Source: Ascidiella aspersa (Eukaryota). Taken from it: 64,000 nucleotides of DNA. Both the position numbers and the translations under genes were made by a program. Below the pieces are notes generated by a model. It was not told the DNA's origin. It was given only the letters and a program-made list of their open reading frames with translations, and ran no database searches. This document shows, in pieces, positions 48,901 to 62,000 of this stretch. Position 1 is the first letter of the stretch. Every line of letters starts with the position of its first letter. Location: NCBI GenBank assembly GCA_963924565.1, contig OZ004609.1, forward strand, positions 25,792,001 to 25,856,000. The letters are read 5' to 3'.

Positions 48901-51900
48901 AAGTGTAATTTACAATGCGTGAAAACAAAATTGAACATCCTAAATCATTATTTCCACATTTTAAGGAATAATGTTCTGTTATTGATTATGTTCTGATCAT
49001 GTTGTTTTACTTGTTCAGGGTTAAGCGTTTAGTAGATCAGTCTATTTTACCAAAAAAATCAATGTTATTAGATAATAAATTATCTATTTTTGACATGGTT
49101 TCGTAGACTAAGCTGCCTTACTGGCAAAGATCCATGGCTTTCTGTTTACAAAATCAATATTCTCTATCTCCAAAATCTCACATTGTTTGTTTGGTGTCTT
49201 GGGTTCCTCTATCACAATACACCCTCCCATGAATCTAACCATATGTCATATGCTTAATTAAAAATCAATAAATTGGATTGCCTAATTTCATTTTAAAAAT
49301 ATGCTGAATTTAGTAAACTGGGTCATACTAAGCTAACTTGGATTGTATCAATGCAACGCTAGTCAAACCCAATCTTTCCTCATAAAATGAATATGTTAGA
49401 ATATTAAATGTTTTTATTATAAATTTTCGCACCAGTTAATATTACATTTGATCAGAAAGCTATTTTTTGATCTCTGTTTAAAGTAACAAAATATTTTATT
49501 TAGTGCCATGTTCTGCATGGGATTCTCGCTCTATTCCAGAATGCTCTAGGCCACAAGTCAGTCAGCGCGGTAACTTCAGACATTCGTTTACTTCAGGTTA
49601 GTAGAAGCAATACTCAACCAAAAAAAAAAAAATATGAAACCAATGGCAATAAAGCCTATGCACCAACAACATAAACGAATAGATTTAAATGTCAGTTCAA
49701 CCCACAAAAGCCTTGTGGTTTTGGTGGGTTTTCGTTTACTTCAGGTAAAAAAAAAAATTGAATATGAAACCAACGGCAATAAAGCCATTGCACCAACAGC
49801 ATAAACTAATAGATTTAAATGTCAGGTCAACCCACAAAAACCTTCTGGTTACATGGTAGCATATGTCTTGATGTGGTTTCTTATTGTATTTAATTTATTC
49901 ACCTAATTGAATGGTTTTGATTTAATTCGTACTGTTTAATTATTATGTAAACAATTCAACAAGATTACCTATCATCCAAAAAGGACCACAAAGGTTAAAA
50001 AATATCTGAAACAATATTTCAGAATACTGCAGTCAAACACGGTATCATCAGTTCTGCTTGAAAAGTTATGCAAGTGGAATTTACCAAAAAATATTTTTCA
50101 CTTTTGGCATTTGACAAGGCAATTTATTTTCAGCATATCACCATTCCAGCCCTACATCAGGCTGTGCCTCTATCGCCAGTTCAGATATCGACTCAGCTGA
50201 CATGGCATTTTTCAGCATGAATGACGACTCTTCGCTATTCGATGGCGACTCCCTGTTTTCCGACTCTCTATTTTCTGAATCGTTTGGCGTCATGGACACA
50301 GATTCGGGTTTTTCAACCAACATTTTTAGCTTGTTGGAGGAAGGAAGCATAAGTTGCAGGTACAAATTAACGCACATTGCCACTAATTTCAGAGAAAAAA
50401 TTTGTTTATATTTAAAAACTTTTCTATGCATTTTTGTCTTTTTAAAAAAAATTTTTATCATTACCCTCCCTCCTCTGTTTTTGCTACAAAAATACTAATA
50501 AAAACATACAATGTACAGATATTGCTGTAAATATAAAAAATGTTAGTCAAATGCTCAACTAAATAAATGGATATACAAGACACAAAATAATAAAATATTT
50601 AAAAAACGAAACAAACACTATTGTCTGACTTCTGGCTGTATTGTTTGTGGTTCGCGTTTATGGCCACATTTAAAACTGCGTTGTCTGCAGCCAAATAAGG
50701 CTTGACGTTTAAAGCTTGTGGTTTTTTAAACTTTTTTATGAATGGCTCTTATTCCGCAGACGTTAGTCGCGTTGTAGGCGCAGTCACGTATCTCCAACGC
50801 CAATTTTGGTGTCGCACTATTGATTCAGTTTTTCCAGCTTTTGCGTCAGGCCAACATGTTCTGTGAATTTCATATTAATAATTAATAGGCCCCGCCCTTA
50901 TTTCTTGCATTTTCCGTTTGGTTGATTTTCAGAGATTCTGCAGCGATGTTACAAATTTAACTGAAAGTATATTGACACTTATTTTCTTCGACAAGATACC
51001 AACCATAAAAGCGAAAAGTGCAAGTCAAACTATATACGCGACCATTGCTTTACCCACTGGGCAACCTCTAAACCTCACAAGCGACATACCTTTTATTTGC
51101 TTATTAAATACAAACCTGTCTGTAGTCAAACTAAACGCATTATCGTAGCTACATTGATTGAAAATGCTGAGAAAATTTGTTGTATAAAGCAGGGTGGTTC
51201 AACGTCAGGCCCACGGGCCATATCGTTAGCTATGTCCCGCGGAACATTGTTTAATTAATAATAAACACAATCTTTTTCTATTTGCGCACAATCAGAAGGT
51301 TTTATAAAGTGTTCAGTTCACGTACGACCCTATATTAAGTGAAAAAAATATGCAGTAAGTTTTTAACTACTTGACGCTTGCCGATCAGTAAAATCACAAA
51401 ATAACTTTCACGGACCGCTAGCCAGAAAGGCAAAATTTTTTACTAGTACAACTAGTGCAAGTGATTATATTTATAAAAACACTTACAAATATGTATGATA
51501 TACACTATACAGGTTACTATAGCAATCTGGAATGTTAGCATTAAGTTCGAACAAGACTTTCCCCAAAAAGTCTTGACGTACTAAAACATGATGCGAAGTT
51601 TGCGCGAAAGGCGAAAGCTGTTTGCATTAACGCTGTTAATTTCGATAAAAAGCATAGATGCCAACCTCAGGAATCACTGGTTTAACCAATTAGACAAATA
51701 TTCTTGTAACACGGGAACTTATAGAGCAGTGCTTCCCAACCAGTGTGTCGCGAAGCTATTTCAGGTGGGTCGAGCGGTTTTTAAATGCTACAGTTTTCTA
51801 TTAGATTTGGAAATCATTTCCTGTCATTATGTGACATTTGTGTAACAATGTAACAAAAAGGTAGCAATCCAATGTGAAAGCCCAGGTTTCGCATTATTAG

Positions 51901-54900
51901 TAAATTGCATGTGTATATGCATTGCTTATTTTCTCATTAGTTTGTTTTTCTTTCTTTTTGTCACATATAATTGTGGGTCGCACAATAAAACTTGCACTAA
52001 AAGTTGGTCGCGAACTAAAAAAGGTTAGGAAGCACTTGTTATAGAGTATTGTATGTAGCCCTTAGAATAAAAATTCGGACCACCCTGATCAAAAGTATAC
52101 CTAGCGCTTGGTGAGTCAGGGGGGCTTGCGTTCTGACCTGTAGCTTTTGCATTCCAGGACACCATTTCTCAACGGGGACTGGCCCGATTCGATGAGCGAG
52201 CTGGACTTCGACTGTCGTGAGCAGCGAACCGACGTTTCAAACTGCGACGCGCATTCCGATATCGGGCCTAGCTGTTCCGTGCCAACCGACAGAAACAAGT
52301 ACACGCTTTGTTCCAACCTATTTTGTATGTTTATATCAAATAAAGTGTTAACGAACGGTATTTATTAAATGCTTTCAGGTTGAAAAAGCGGCAAATTCGG
52401 GCGATGTCAAAACCGACGGTGTCCGATACCACGCAGGTATGTGCTCAACTTGTGGATGTACTTGATCAGACCCTATATTCGATACTGGTTGAAACTGCTT
52501 GTCTGATATTCTTATGATAATATTGGTGACATAATGATACTAAACTTTTCTTTAGGACACTTTTTTACTATTTTAGTTAAGAACTGCTCAAAATTATCTT
52601 TGAAATGTATTTTGTAGGAGTAGGAGTGTTAACTTAGCCGTCTTGGTGATATGGTTTGGTGATAGTTATTTCAAGCCAAAACGAATTTTATTGCTATATA
52701 AAAAATAAGACATAAGGGATAAGGCGAAACCAAGCAAAACGTTTCGAACGTCTTGCTTCCGTTTGTAATATATTCATAGGAAAGTAGATCTTACAACCAA
52801 AACATGTATTGTATATAGTTGCAAGGCTATGTGTGTTAAACAAAACTCCGAACATTCCTTGAATTGTTTAAACATGCTGATGCTTCCTGACATACTATGA
52901 CAACAAGATGGTCTTCCGTTATATTCCTGTTTATTTTTGACGTCGAGTATCTTGTTAGTCTATAGCAGCGCGTCTTTACCGCTGCGCCATGGAAGACCGC
53001 AACTCCACGAGAAAGTCAAAAATGTTTTATGATATAAAACAATGCCTCGTTCTTTCAAATTTGTAATAAAAATAGCAAGCAATCCAAGAGAAATACCGCT
53101 ATACTTGGCTCGAGAGGTTACGCCAGTGCGCCACCACGTTTTTTAAGATCCAAACGTGCGCCTTCTATGACTAAAAAGCCTTGGTCTATAGTTATGTTTG
53201 CTTGTCGGCGGCAACCGTAGCTTTTCCGTGCTGTCAACCGTAATGGTTGGTTCAGTTGAAATATTTCAACTTTGACCCCTTCGGTTAAGAGCGAGGAAAT
53301 TTGCCGTTAACGCTGGCAACGCTTTTTGTGCAAATTGAATGACGCGTGTAATGTGAACCAACTTTAACACGGACAATTTACCGATGCAGGAGCAGTGTTC
53401 GCCGATGGACCTAAGGCAGGGCGCTTCGATGTACCTGAACAAACCTACAAGTTCGCTTTGTACGATGCAGCACGTCGAGCAGCCGACGGACCTGTTGCCC
53501 TACGCGCTCAACAATCCGCTGGGATTCGACTCTCCGATGTCCACTGGAGATTTGGGCGGCAACGCCGACATTAACCCGGCACCGGCGAGCAGACAAAAAC
53601 AGCTGGGACTCCGCTTGATGCCAGTTGTTGCTGACACGCCTAATTACTTCGCTGGTAACGGCGGAATAGACGCGGCTTCGGTTGAAGACGAGGAAGGGTA
53701 CAGAACCGACGAACCTAACACGCCGGTTGTGGAATCCAAAATGCTAGTCCTGCCCGTCGAGCCGCCGCCCCTGACCACGCCTCCCCCTCCTCCGCCGCCG
53801 CCCCCTGAATTAACCCCCGTTGTCCCCACGACACCTGCACCACCCCGCGTCCCGGGCACTTACCAGGCAACGGACCAGACGCGAAAGTTCGCCAGCACCA
53901 ACCTGGACGCTCCCGTTCAGGTTCAGCTGCAGGTAAACAGCCCCAAGCTGCTGCTGTCCACGGCGACGTCGACTAGCGCTTGTGGCGACGGAGCGGGATG
54001 CGGCGCCCAGCAGTCATCCAAGGTGCCGATTGTACTCAGCATCAACAACTGGAACGGGATGCCGCCCGAGGAGCGACTTGGCTTTATCGAGCAGCTTAGC
54101 GAGCGCATTAACAAGACGATGGGCCTTCAGGTGCTGGTCGCGTTAAAGTCTACATTAGTGTATATTCATCGTGTGTTTGTGGCAGAAATGGCAGGTATAT
54201 AGGCCGCAAAATCCCAAAGGGTTTATCGTAACACAGACGGCAGCCTTGAGCTTTTGCACTGATTAACGTGATTATTTTACGATCCTCCTCGATTAATATT
54301 TTTGGTTTGTTTTAGTTTGATTTCTATTATATACCATGTTTTGTCTTTCCTGTTAGACTTGAGAGCAAAAATTCTAAAAAGGACTTCTGACGCATTATGT
54401 ACAATTGATCTTTTTTCACTTAAATTTTTTTTCAAACTGATTAATGACTGGAACGCCGCTTGTTGGGGATTTCGGCATCAGAGCGTTTGGTTAAATTATG
54501 TTCAAAGATTTAGTTTTGATCATTGGCTTAAATAAATTGCCATTCAATGTAAAATTTCATGAAAATTTAGTAAATAAGAAATATGCCGCGGACCGCTAGA
54601 TTTAACTCTGCGGGCCGTATTTTGGTGACAACTGTTCTAACGCAGTGATTCTCAGCCTTTACGGCACCCCTCAAAATAATAAACAGATTTTCCCCGACTG
54701 TAATTTTAATTGAGTATTTTACTAAAATGTCACTATAAATGGAACTGGAAAAACGCAATCAACTATAAACATGTAGCAAAATGACATTTAATATAATGTC
54801 TCTCGTACACAAATAGTTTTATAAAGAAACTTACCAATAAAGAAAAAACAGATTGTTAAAAATTCTATCTGCGCCGCGGCACCCCTGTTGAGAACCACTG

Positions 54901-56133
54901 GTCTAACCGCATCCTCTGTTGAATTACAGGAGCAACTGAAGATCGTTAATATAATCGGCGCCGGGCACCGGCCTCCAGTCACCAGCATGTCAGTGGACGA
55001 CATCGACAGCCACAAGCTCTCGCGCGAACTGGGCAAACTGAATTCGACCGCCGCGGCTTTGACGAGCGCCTATACCGAACCTTTAGGCGCGACGCCCCAG
55101 AACCAGCCTTCGCCGAGCAAAAGCGCAGACGAGCCGAGGTATGTGGGCAAACAGCAGCAGGACATCTCGGCGTCAACTTCTGGGGCCGGTGGCGGCAGTG
55201 GCGGCCTGAGACGGAGCAACAGCGACGGTAACCTGCCCAAGACCTTGTCGGACGCGCAGAAAGATCACCGGGTGAGGAAATTGGAGATAGGTTTTTAAAT
55301 AGAGTTAGCTCCACCAGGTAACATATCAATATATAGAAATCGCTCGGTTTATACTTTTTGTACACCAGAAGAGCGATAGTTCTTTATCCATGTTTTGATA
55401 CACCGGACTCGTCCTGGTGGCGAGTGTCGTGCTGCTACCCAGTAATTTTATTATCCACTCTTTTCAAATGTTAACCTTTGTGGTGTGGCAAACCACGAGT
55501 TGCGTTTTGCTGGCTGGTTGGACCTGTCGGACATTTGAACTAAGTTAAACACGATCGCATAAATTCATTGCGTTACAAACAAACCCCAACCACAACACCT
55601 ATTTATGCTTTATATCGAAATATTCTAAATAAATAGTTGTCTTAATGTGTCAAAAGTATAAACCTGTTGTTGCAAACTTTGACTTTCACTTCTTTATTCA
55701 ACGCGTTAGCTCATTATTAATGGATCAGAAGAAACCTATTGTCAATGATTTCAGATCCCATAAAATACATCATTTATATACATAAAAGAAAAACTTTTTT
55801 GTAAACATCCACAACAATGTGGTCTGAATATCATCTAAAATCGCGTACAAGGTAATACCTTAAAGTTATGGGCGACACCCGTAAACGTTATTTTCATTTC
55901 TCAGTTTTTAGTTAAAGGCATAGTTTTACATCAACAAAAAAACATGTTGTATTTTGCGTATCTTGCAGCGCCGACAGCGGCAGGCGCGAAAGTGGGCCAA
56001 ACTGATGAAGCAACGTCAGCGCAAGGAAAATCGACAGCAAATTAAGGAACACAAGAGCGGCCTGTTCGTCAACGAGAAGAAGGTCAAGCTGCAAGTCGAA
56101 TCCGAGGAGGAAATTGACGTCACCGACATTTAG
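46000..56133 (+). CDS. FAM199X: FAM199X homologue, about 743 aa, 11 coding exons
   Basis: Exons 46000-46063, 46577-46683, 47778-47907, 48734-48898, 49504-49596, 50134-50359, 52158-52298, 52379-52436, 53390-54130, 54930-55271 and 55969-56133 join in frame (2232 nt). Blocks matching recalled human FAM199X: TSGCASIASSD, WNGMPPEERLGFIEQLSERINKTMGLQEQLKIVNII (human [36 protein letters not shown]), RSNSDGNL, and KSGLFVNE...EEEIDV. The N-terminal exons rest on splice phase only. Confidence 0.85.
46075..46483. repeat. Long degenerate inverted repeat (foldback) filling most of the first coding intron of FAM199X
   Basis: TACTAACAAGAAAAAACTTTTCTGGTACC...CAGGAAATGCAACAACAC pairs with GTGTTGTTGCATTCCCTG...AGTACCGGAAGAGCGTTTTCTTTTTAGTA. 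Confidence 0.75.
48196..48765 (+). repeat. ~170-bp direct duplication (48196-48365 and 48598-48765) that includes a splice acceptor
   Basis: Both copies share TGTACA..GGTCT...ACTAAT...CACTCG...AATTTACTGCAACAAA...ACATGTACT..TAGCAAACATT.CAAGCACCCTTAATCTGATAAA. Confidence 0.85.
49583..49850 (+). repeat. Tandem duplication (49583-49720 and 49731-49850) that includes a splice donor
   Basis: TTCGTTTACTTCAGGT...AATATGAAACCAA.GGCAATAAAGCC...AATAGATTTAAATGTCAG.TCAACCCACAAAA.CCTT.TGGTT occurs twice. Confidence 0.85.
51190..52087. mobile_element. Older hAT-like MITE hosting a nested insertion
   Basis: Termini CAGGGTGGT ... ACCACCCTG with a subterminal GGCCCACGGGCC motif. TSD only partly conserved. Confidence 0.6.
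51727..52038. mobile_element. Nested hAT/Charlie-like MITE with a perfect 8-bp TSD
   Basis: CAGTGCTTCCCAACC ... GGTTAGGAAGCACTTG, flanked by TTATAGAG at 51719-26 and 52039-46. Confidence 0.85.
52966..53183. mobile_element. Degenerate hAT-like MITE with an 8-bp TSD
   Basis: GTCTATAG at 52958-65 and 53184-91 flanks a CAG...TTG element with internal TGCGCC motifs. TIRs are eroded. Confidence 0.6.
54643..54900. mobile_element. hAT-like MITE just upstream of a FAM199X splice acceptor
   Basis: TIRs CAGTGATTCTCA ... TGAGAACCACTG, subterminal CGGCACCCC at both ends, imperfect TSD TTCTAACG / GTCTAACC. Confidence 0.75.
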
Positions 56134-57272
56134 CAACTCGCTGTTGCCGCTAGCGTCGTAGTTTTGCACCGCATGACCGTACCTTGGTTTTCGTTAGCCC
56201 CACTTTTATATTGAGGCTTCCACATAACCGTGCTGTTAGACATTGCTTTTGTTCGCAACATAGGTTTCGTAAATGTAGAATTCAAATAAGGCCACTCGTG
56301 GCTTGGTTCTTTCTTTTCATTTGTATTTTACTACTTTTTGCTTGTCGGAGTCGCATTATTATCACTGCGTCCGATGTGCCCAAACGAAAGTATGGCGCCA
56401 CTCTTGTGGCGTTTCGTGTATTGTACAACGCGTAGTAGTAACGGCATCAGCAAACACGCCCGAAGTATTTTTCCTAACTCACACCTTACCCCGCCGTATT
56501 CGACGTGCCATTGTGACCGTTTATTTTTTGCTCAACCACTGTTAACTGACCTTTGTGTATGTGTAGTTATGTACCGACCGAGTTAATGTCTCGATTTGGT
56601 AAATGCACTTTTTGGTGGAAGCTGCTGCTTTACGGTAAAAAAAATTAAATAAAAACAACCACAGTGTTTAAACCTGTTTCATCGCCTACTTTTTTGGACG
56701 TAGGTTATTCAAGTTATATGCAAGTCCGCGTGTAGACAGTTTATCTTCGGGGTTCTCAAACTGGGTTACCCAAGAGATATTTCGTGGGTACACGAGCAAG
56801 TCAATCTTACTGGCACTCTGGTGATTTTGGGCAACCCCGATTGAAATAAATCGTTTCCAACGTTTACGAACATTGTCGTTCGTTAAATAAATGAGCTTTC
56901 ACAATGATACGTCACTGGCCACAAATTCAGTAACTGTTGTCAATCGGAGTTTCTCCAATGCCGCGGTGAAGGTGTAAGCCAGGGTTTCGGCCCCCCTGAG
57001 GGGCCACGGAGCGGTGATTGGGGGGCCACAGGCATAACTCTCATACTGTAGGTCATGGCATTAGAAAACTTCATTATTAGAAATCACAATTATAAGTATC
57101 TTTGCGAAGCTGGATTTCGTGATCTTGCTTGAATTAATAAAACGAAATTGCTCAAAACAGAACCGAATAAAAAACTACCTTAGCGAAATACAAGATTGAG
57201 CTTTCAACGTGCAAAAAAAAGTAAATTCAAGAATAAAAAAAAAAAAACCTGCTAGTTTTTTATTGTTTAATA

Positions 57273-57663
57273 CAGTGGTCGGCAACCACCGGTCCGCGAG
57301 GAGTTCGTTACCGGTCCGTAGCAGGGTTGCCAGTTTAAAATTCAAAACCCAAACCGTACGTAAAATGCTTAAAAACTAAGAAATAAGTCAAAATCAACTA
57401 ATTGCAGTTTTCTATTCAAAACAGATTAATTTTCGTTTAAACCAGTGTGCTGTGACCATATGAGATGCATTGAAAAAACGATTTATTATTTTGATGTTCA
57501 GGCAGGAAAGTATTAGACACAAGCGTATGCATTTTAATTAGCTCATTGAAAAAATATTTTAATCAACTACCTTTACTGAACATTTGTTGTTTTTTAAAGC
57601 CGGTCCGCGGAAAATTTTAAGTTTCAAACCGGTCCGCAGGGCCAAAAAGGTTGCCGACCCCTG
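57273..57663. mobile_element. hAT/Charlie-like MITE with a perfect 8-bp TSD; older related copy at about 57840-58120
   Basis: CAGTGGTCGGCAACC ... GGTTGCCGACCCCTG, CCGGTCCG subterminal repeats, and GTTTAATA at 57265-72 and 57664-71. Confidence 0.88.
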
Positions 57664-59056
57664 GTTTAATACACAGTATTTGAGATTATAGTTATTGTTC
57701 GACTAATCTAAAACTACACCTTAGAAGGGCTTTGGGTTTCAGCTATTTATACTAAGCCTAAATGTGGGGACTAGCATGCTGCTTATGTTGTTTGAAGCTT
57801 TCTTTTTGTTAGTTACGTTTTATAAGTATGATACTAAGATCCACAAGGAGTTCGTTACCGATCCGTATTTCTATACTTTATCAGGTTTCGGCTTGACGTT
57901 CGTACTTTTCATATTGAAATTATTTTAGGCTTTTTGAAGACATCACTGTATGTTTTCTTATAAAGAACTTTAAGATGTTTTTGCGGCAAAAAAGACAATC
58001 ATTCTCATAGAATCAAAGTTGTACTAAATTTCCATTTTTGACGTTGTTGTTTTTTGCCGTCCGTAGTAAAATATTAGTTTTAAGCCGATCACAATGCAAA
58101 AAAGATTGCCGAATCCCATAGGCCTACCGAACACTCCCGAGTAGAGGGATGCGAAAAAAATAGCTGTTCAGATGGAACAACCTTTGTGATGAGGGGCTAC
58201 ACTGCCTTAAATGTCTAACAAAATGACATCTAAGCATTTATTTGGGGGGAATGATTAAAATCAAACAAGCGATATTTGATTAAAACCGAATTAGCAATAT
58301 TTCGGTATTTTACAACAATCGGTTTCCCCCAAAAGCGTGTAATAAACTTTTTCGTTTGCATGTAAGCACAATGTGCAACAACACTTCTTCATAAATATAA
58401 CTTGTCTAAAGAGTAGTTTGTTCTAATAAAAAAGTACAAAAGAGAAAACACGATATGCCCAGAATGTATATTTTGAAGGGAAATAATTTGTCAAATATCC
58501 GCTAGGGGTGCAAGTTGCGGCTAAAGGGAAATTTTTTCGCACTTCAGTGTCTATGGGAAAAAATGGTGTTTACAGTTTGCAAAGATCGCACCTGTTGATA
58601 AGTTAGCTAATGACAATGACAGTAATTTGCGCTGATTAGAGTGACATACATTCACTTTCTCCCTGCGTATTAAGGCTAGGAGTTGCTATAAAATGTTATC
58701 GCCTAGAATTAAGATAGTTTAGTAGTTTACTTTCAAGTTCAGCACAACCTGTTATTTCATAATAATAAGTTTGTTTTGAAATTGCATTATGTTTACAGTT
58801 GCATTTTAACCGAAAGTGATATATAGTGTGTTTTTTAAGTTGACTGAGTACTTAAAATTATATAAAATCCTAATTTGATATGGGATACTTTTCCTAATGT
58901 CCTCCGAAAACTGTAATTTTATATCTATTTTTTATGTATTTTTGAGAATGCTTTTACAAAGTTTTTAGGTTGCTTATGGTGGTAAAACTGAATTGCCGTC
59001 ACCAATGCTAAGGACTCCAACGATAATGTAACTCAGATTTTCGGAATGCAATTATA

Positions 59057-62000
59057 ATGTCGAAAAACACGACAGTGGAGTATAAGCCTAATTCACCAAC
59101 ACCAAATGTCAGTATACATTGTGACGAGAATGGCAGAAACTCACATGACAATGAAAAGCAAGCAAATGACAAAAATGCCACGTCTTTCAAAAAGGGTATA
59201 TATGTTACCATTGTTTGTATTGCCACTATAATATTTGGCGCTGGTCTCTAGAATCTTAACACAATTATAAAATCAACACACAATATTTGGGTTAGGCTAC
59301 AAGTTAGCCTATTGATAGAAGTGCTAATGTTGAAGTAAGCTCCCTGGGCGATCCATGAAAATAGCCTTTTCCTATTTGTATTGTCCTTTTTATATTTTCA
59401 CAATAAGAAGTTTTTTTTTTTTTTAATTTATTTTTTAAGGTACTCAACCCAAGATGTTTGAAAGGTCCTCTAAGAAATGGTGGAATCCCAGTTTTGATTC
59501 CAAACTACTGCAAACACAATATTTAAAGTCAAGTTTACTTCAAGTTCGGTAAGTGTCAATTAAAAAACAATATATTTACTGAATGTATAGTATCATTAAT
59601 TCATTACTGTAAATAAACAAAATAATGCAGGCAAAAATGTTTATTTTGTACAACAACCGCTTATTTAACTTAAATGAAGTGTGTTTATTTCAGAGCGCTA
59701 TTTCAACAGTCGCTGCTTTTTATATGCCTGTCTTGCATCACCTGGACTGTGTACAATTTGTCTTTGCTAAACACCTCAGCAGTGAATGGGTGGCTTGCAG
59801 GTGCAATATGGGCTATTGTTTTGGCAGTGATATGCCTTGTCCTGTTAATTTTCACAAAACAGTAAGTACCTAAAATAGAAGTAGAATATCTAATCCAACA
59901 ACAGCTAAATGACCCAGCATCATTTTTTCACTGAGGATCTGGTTTAAAGGGAATATTAAATCACAAAAAAAATGTTTGGTTGAAACAACCTTTTGGTTGA
60001 AACAATGTTTCTATAAATTATCATAAATTGATGTGATGTGTACTGACACCTAGTTTAAAGTTGAAGACAATATTATGTATCTAAATATATATCAAAACCA
60101 CCTTTTTTAGCCACTGTTAATATTTTAGTTTCTTGTTGCACACCAAAGAAAACCACTAGCCTAAACTTTCAGCTTATATTATAGCTTGTCTAGAAATGGA
60201 AGTCCTGTTATTTTTATTAAGTATAGTGTAGGCTTGTATAGCTAAAATCTGTTCATTTTTCTATTTTACTCTGCCCTTTCTTTTAATAAATTAATCTCTA
60301 ATTTAAAGAATTTTCATCCAATTACACACACACATCGATGCCATTAGGGTATTAACTGCAACGTGTGTCCAAGTATGTTTAATTTTACATTATATAAGAT
60401 CAACATCTGACCTCTGCAGAATTGCATTGGAATGAGCACATCATATATTTCAGTTTGGTGAAGAACTGCTCTTGCATCCAACAAATAAACAATGTTTTTT
60501 TTTCAATGATTTTTGTGCAAATAACTCAAATCTATTAGCAGTAACAGCAAGCTTGTTGTCACTTGACTTGCATATTTTTTTTTAAATTGAGTAATATTTT
60601 TTTTTGGTTTTAGAAAATTTCATCAAAAATACACAATTCATGTTGCCTTACTTTTGATCTGTCTTTTGATGATCAGTGGGCTGCTAGCAGCGTATTTCAC
60701 CCGTGAGGTGATGTCCAGTGCTGGCAGTTTTGTTATCGCTGCGGAAATCATTCTTTTGACTTACATCATTTCACCGTTGCCCGTTCCAGTCACTTTTCTT
60801 GTTGCAGTAATCTTTACAATCATTCATGAGGTGCTGTATGTCAGAAAAATGTTATATATTTGAATGTGTTTGTATGACTGTATGTGACTAGCAAGGGAAA
60901 CACATGACACTTGTTCATCATAAGTTTTGATACTTAATACAACTTTTACCAAATCTGTTACTGTTTAACTTTTTGTATATATATTCTGAGTTTTCATGTT
61001 TGTCAAATATAATGTTACATTGTTTACCAGGTAATAATTATCTTAAATAAGTTCATTATGTGCAGGTACTCTTACATGTCGGACAGTATCAATTCATCAT
61101 TTTGGGTTCCCCTTTCACCCCACCTCAGAGTGTTATTGGGCGTTTGTGTTTGCTCATTGCTATACACATTGTCGGCCTGCATGCCCTTCTTAACATTCAA
61201 ATCCTGAGGTACAGCACATTTGGAAAGGTAAATAAAAATATGATTTTACCTGTTCATTAACCTGATCTGATAAATATATATACTTATCTATGTGTATTAT
61301 GACATGAGTTTTATAAATTTGTTTAATAGTTGTGCATTACATGTATATAATATATTGACCGGCCATCATGCAGAATTTTGGCCTGGTGTTCAAATAAAGT
61401 TTTAACATCACATAATGCCAGACTTCCTTTTAATGTTTGTGTGACGCATGAGTGGGTGTGTTGTGCTCTACTATCCAATTCCATTAAAGCTAGTGCCTGG
61501 ATTTCCTGCACACCTAATCCACTGCATGCAGATGCAATATATACAGTACACTTTGTCAATTAACTAACTACCTTCCTAAATGGCTCCATTAGCTGACTGA
61601 TGAAGGTCAGGTAAAATGCAAAGGCATAAGTGTAACCCATCACCTCCCAATAATGGCTATTGGTGCATTAACCACTATGTTTATTTTAGTAAATTTTTAA
61701 TTTGTACCTAATAGCAGTCACTTTAAAATACCCACCGCCATCATACTTTAAGCCTGAGACTAATATTAAAGAAAGTGTTTAAATAAAATTTGCTTTTGTA
61801 TTATAATGCACCCCATTTTAAACATAAAACACCAAACTTAAAATACACAAAATGCACATTCGTTGTAGATGCAATTTTTAGTCAAGTGATTTAAATGGCA
61901 AGAGACTTTCCCATTGTGCTGTTATGTTATATGCATTAAATTAAAAGGCTTCAGTTTATATGGTTTGGAACCCATGACCCAATGTAAACCCAATGTGTGA

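Noticed and set aside
53411-55365. Several minus-strand ORFs, including a poly-Gly one
   Set aside because: Antisense shadows of the GC-rich, Pro-rich FAM199X exons.
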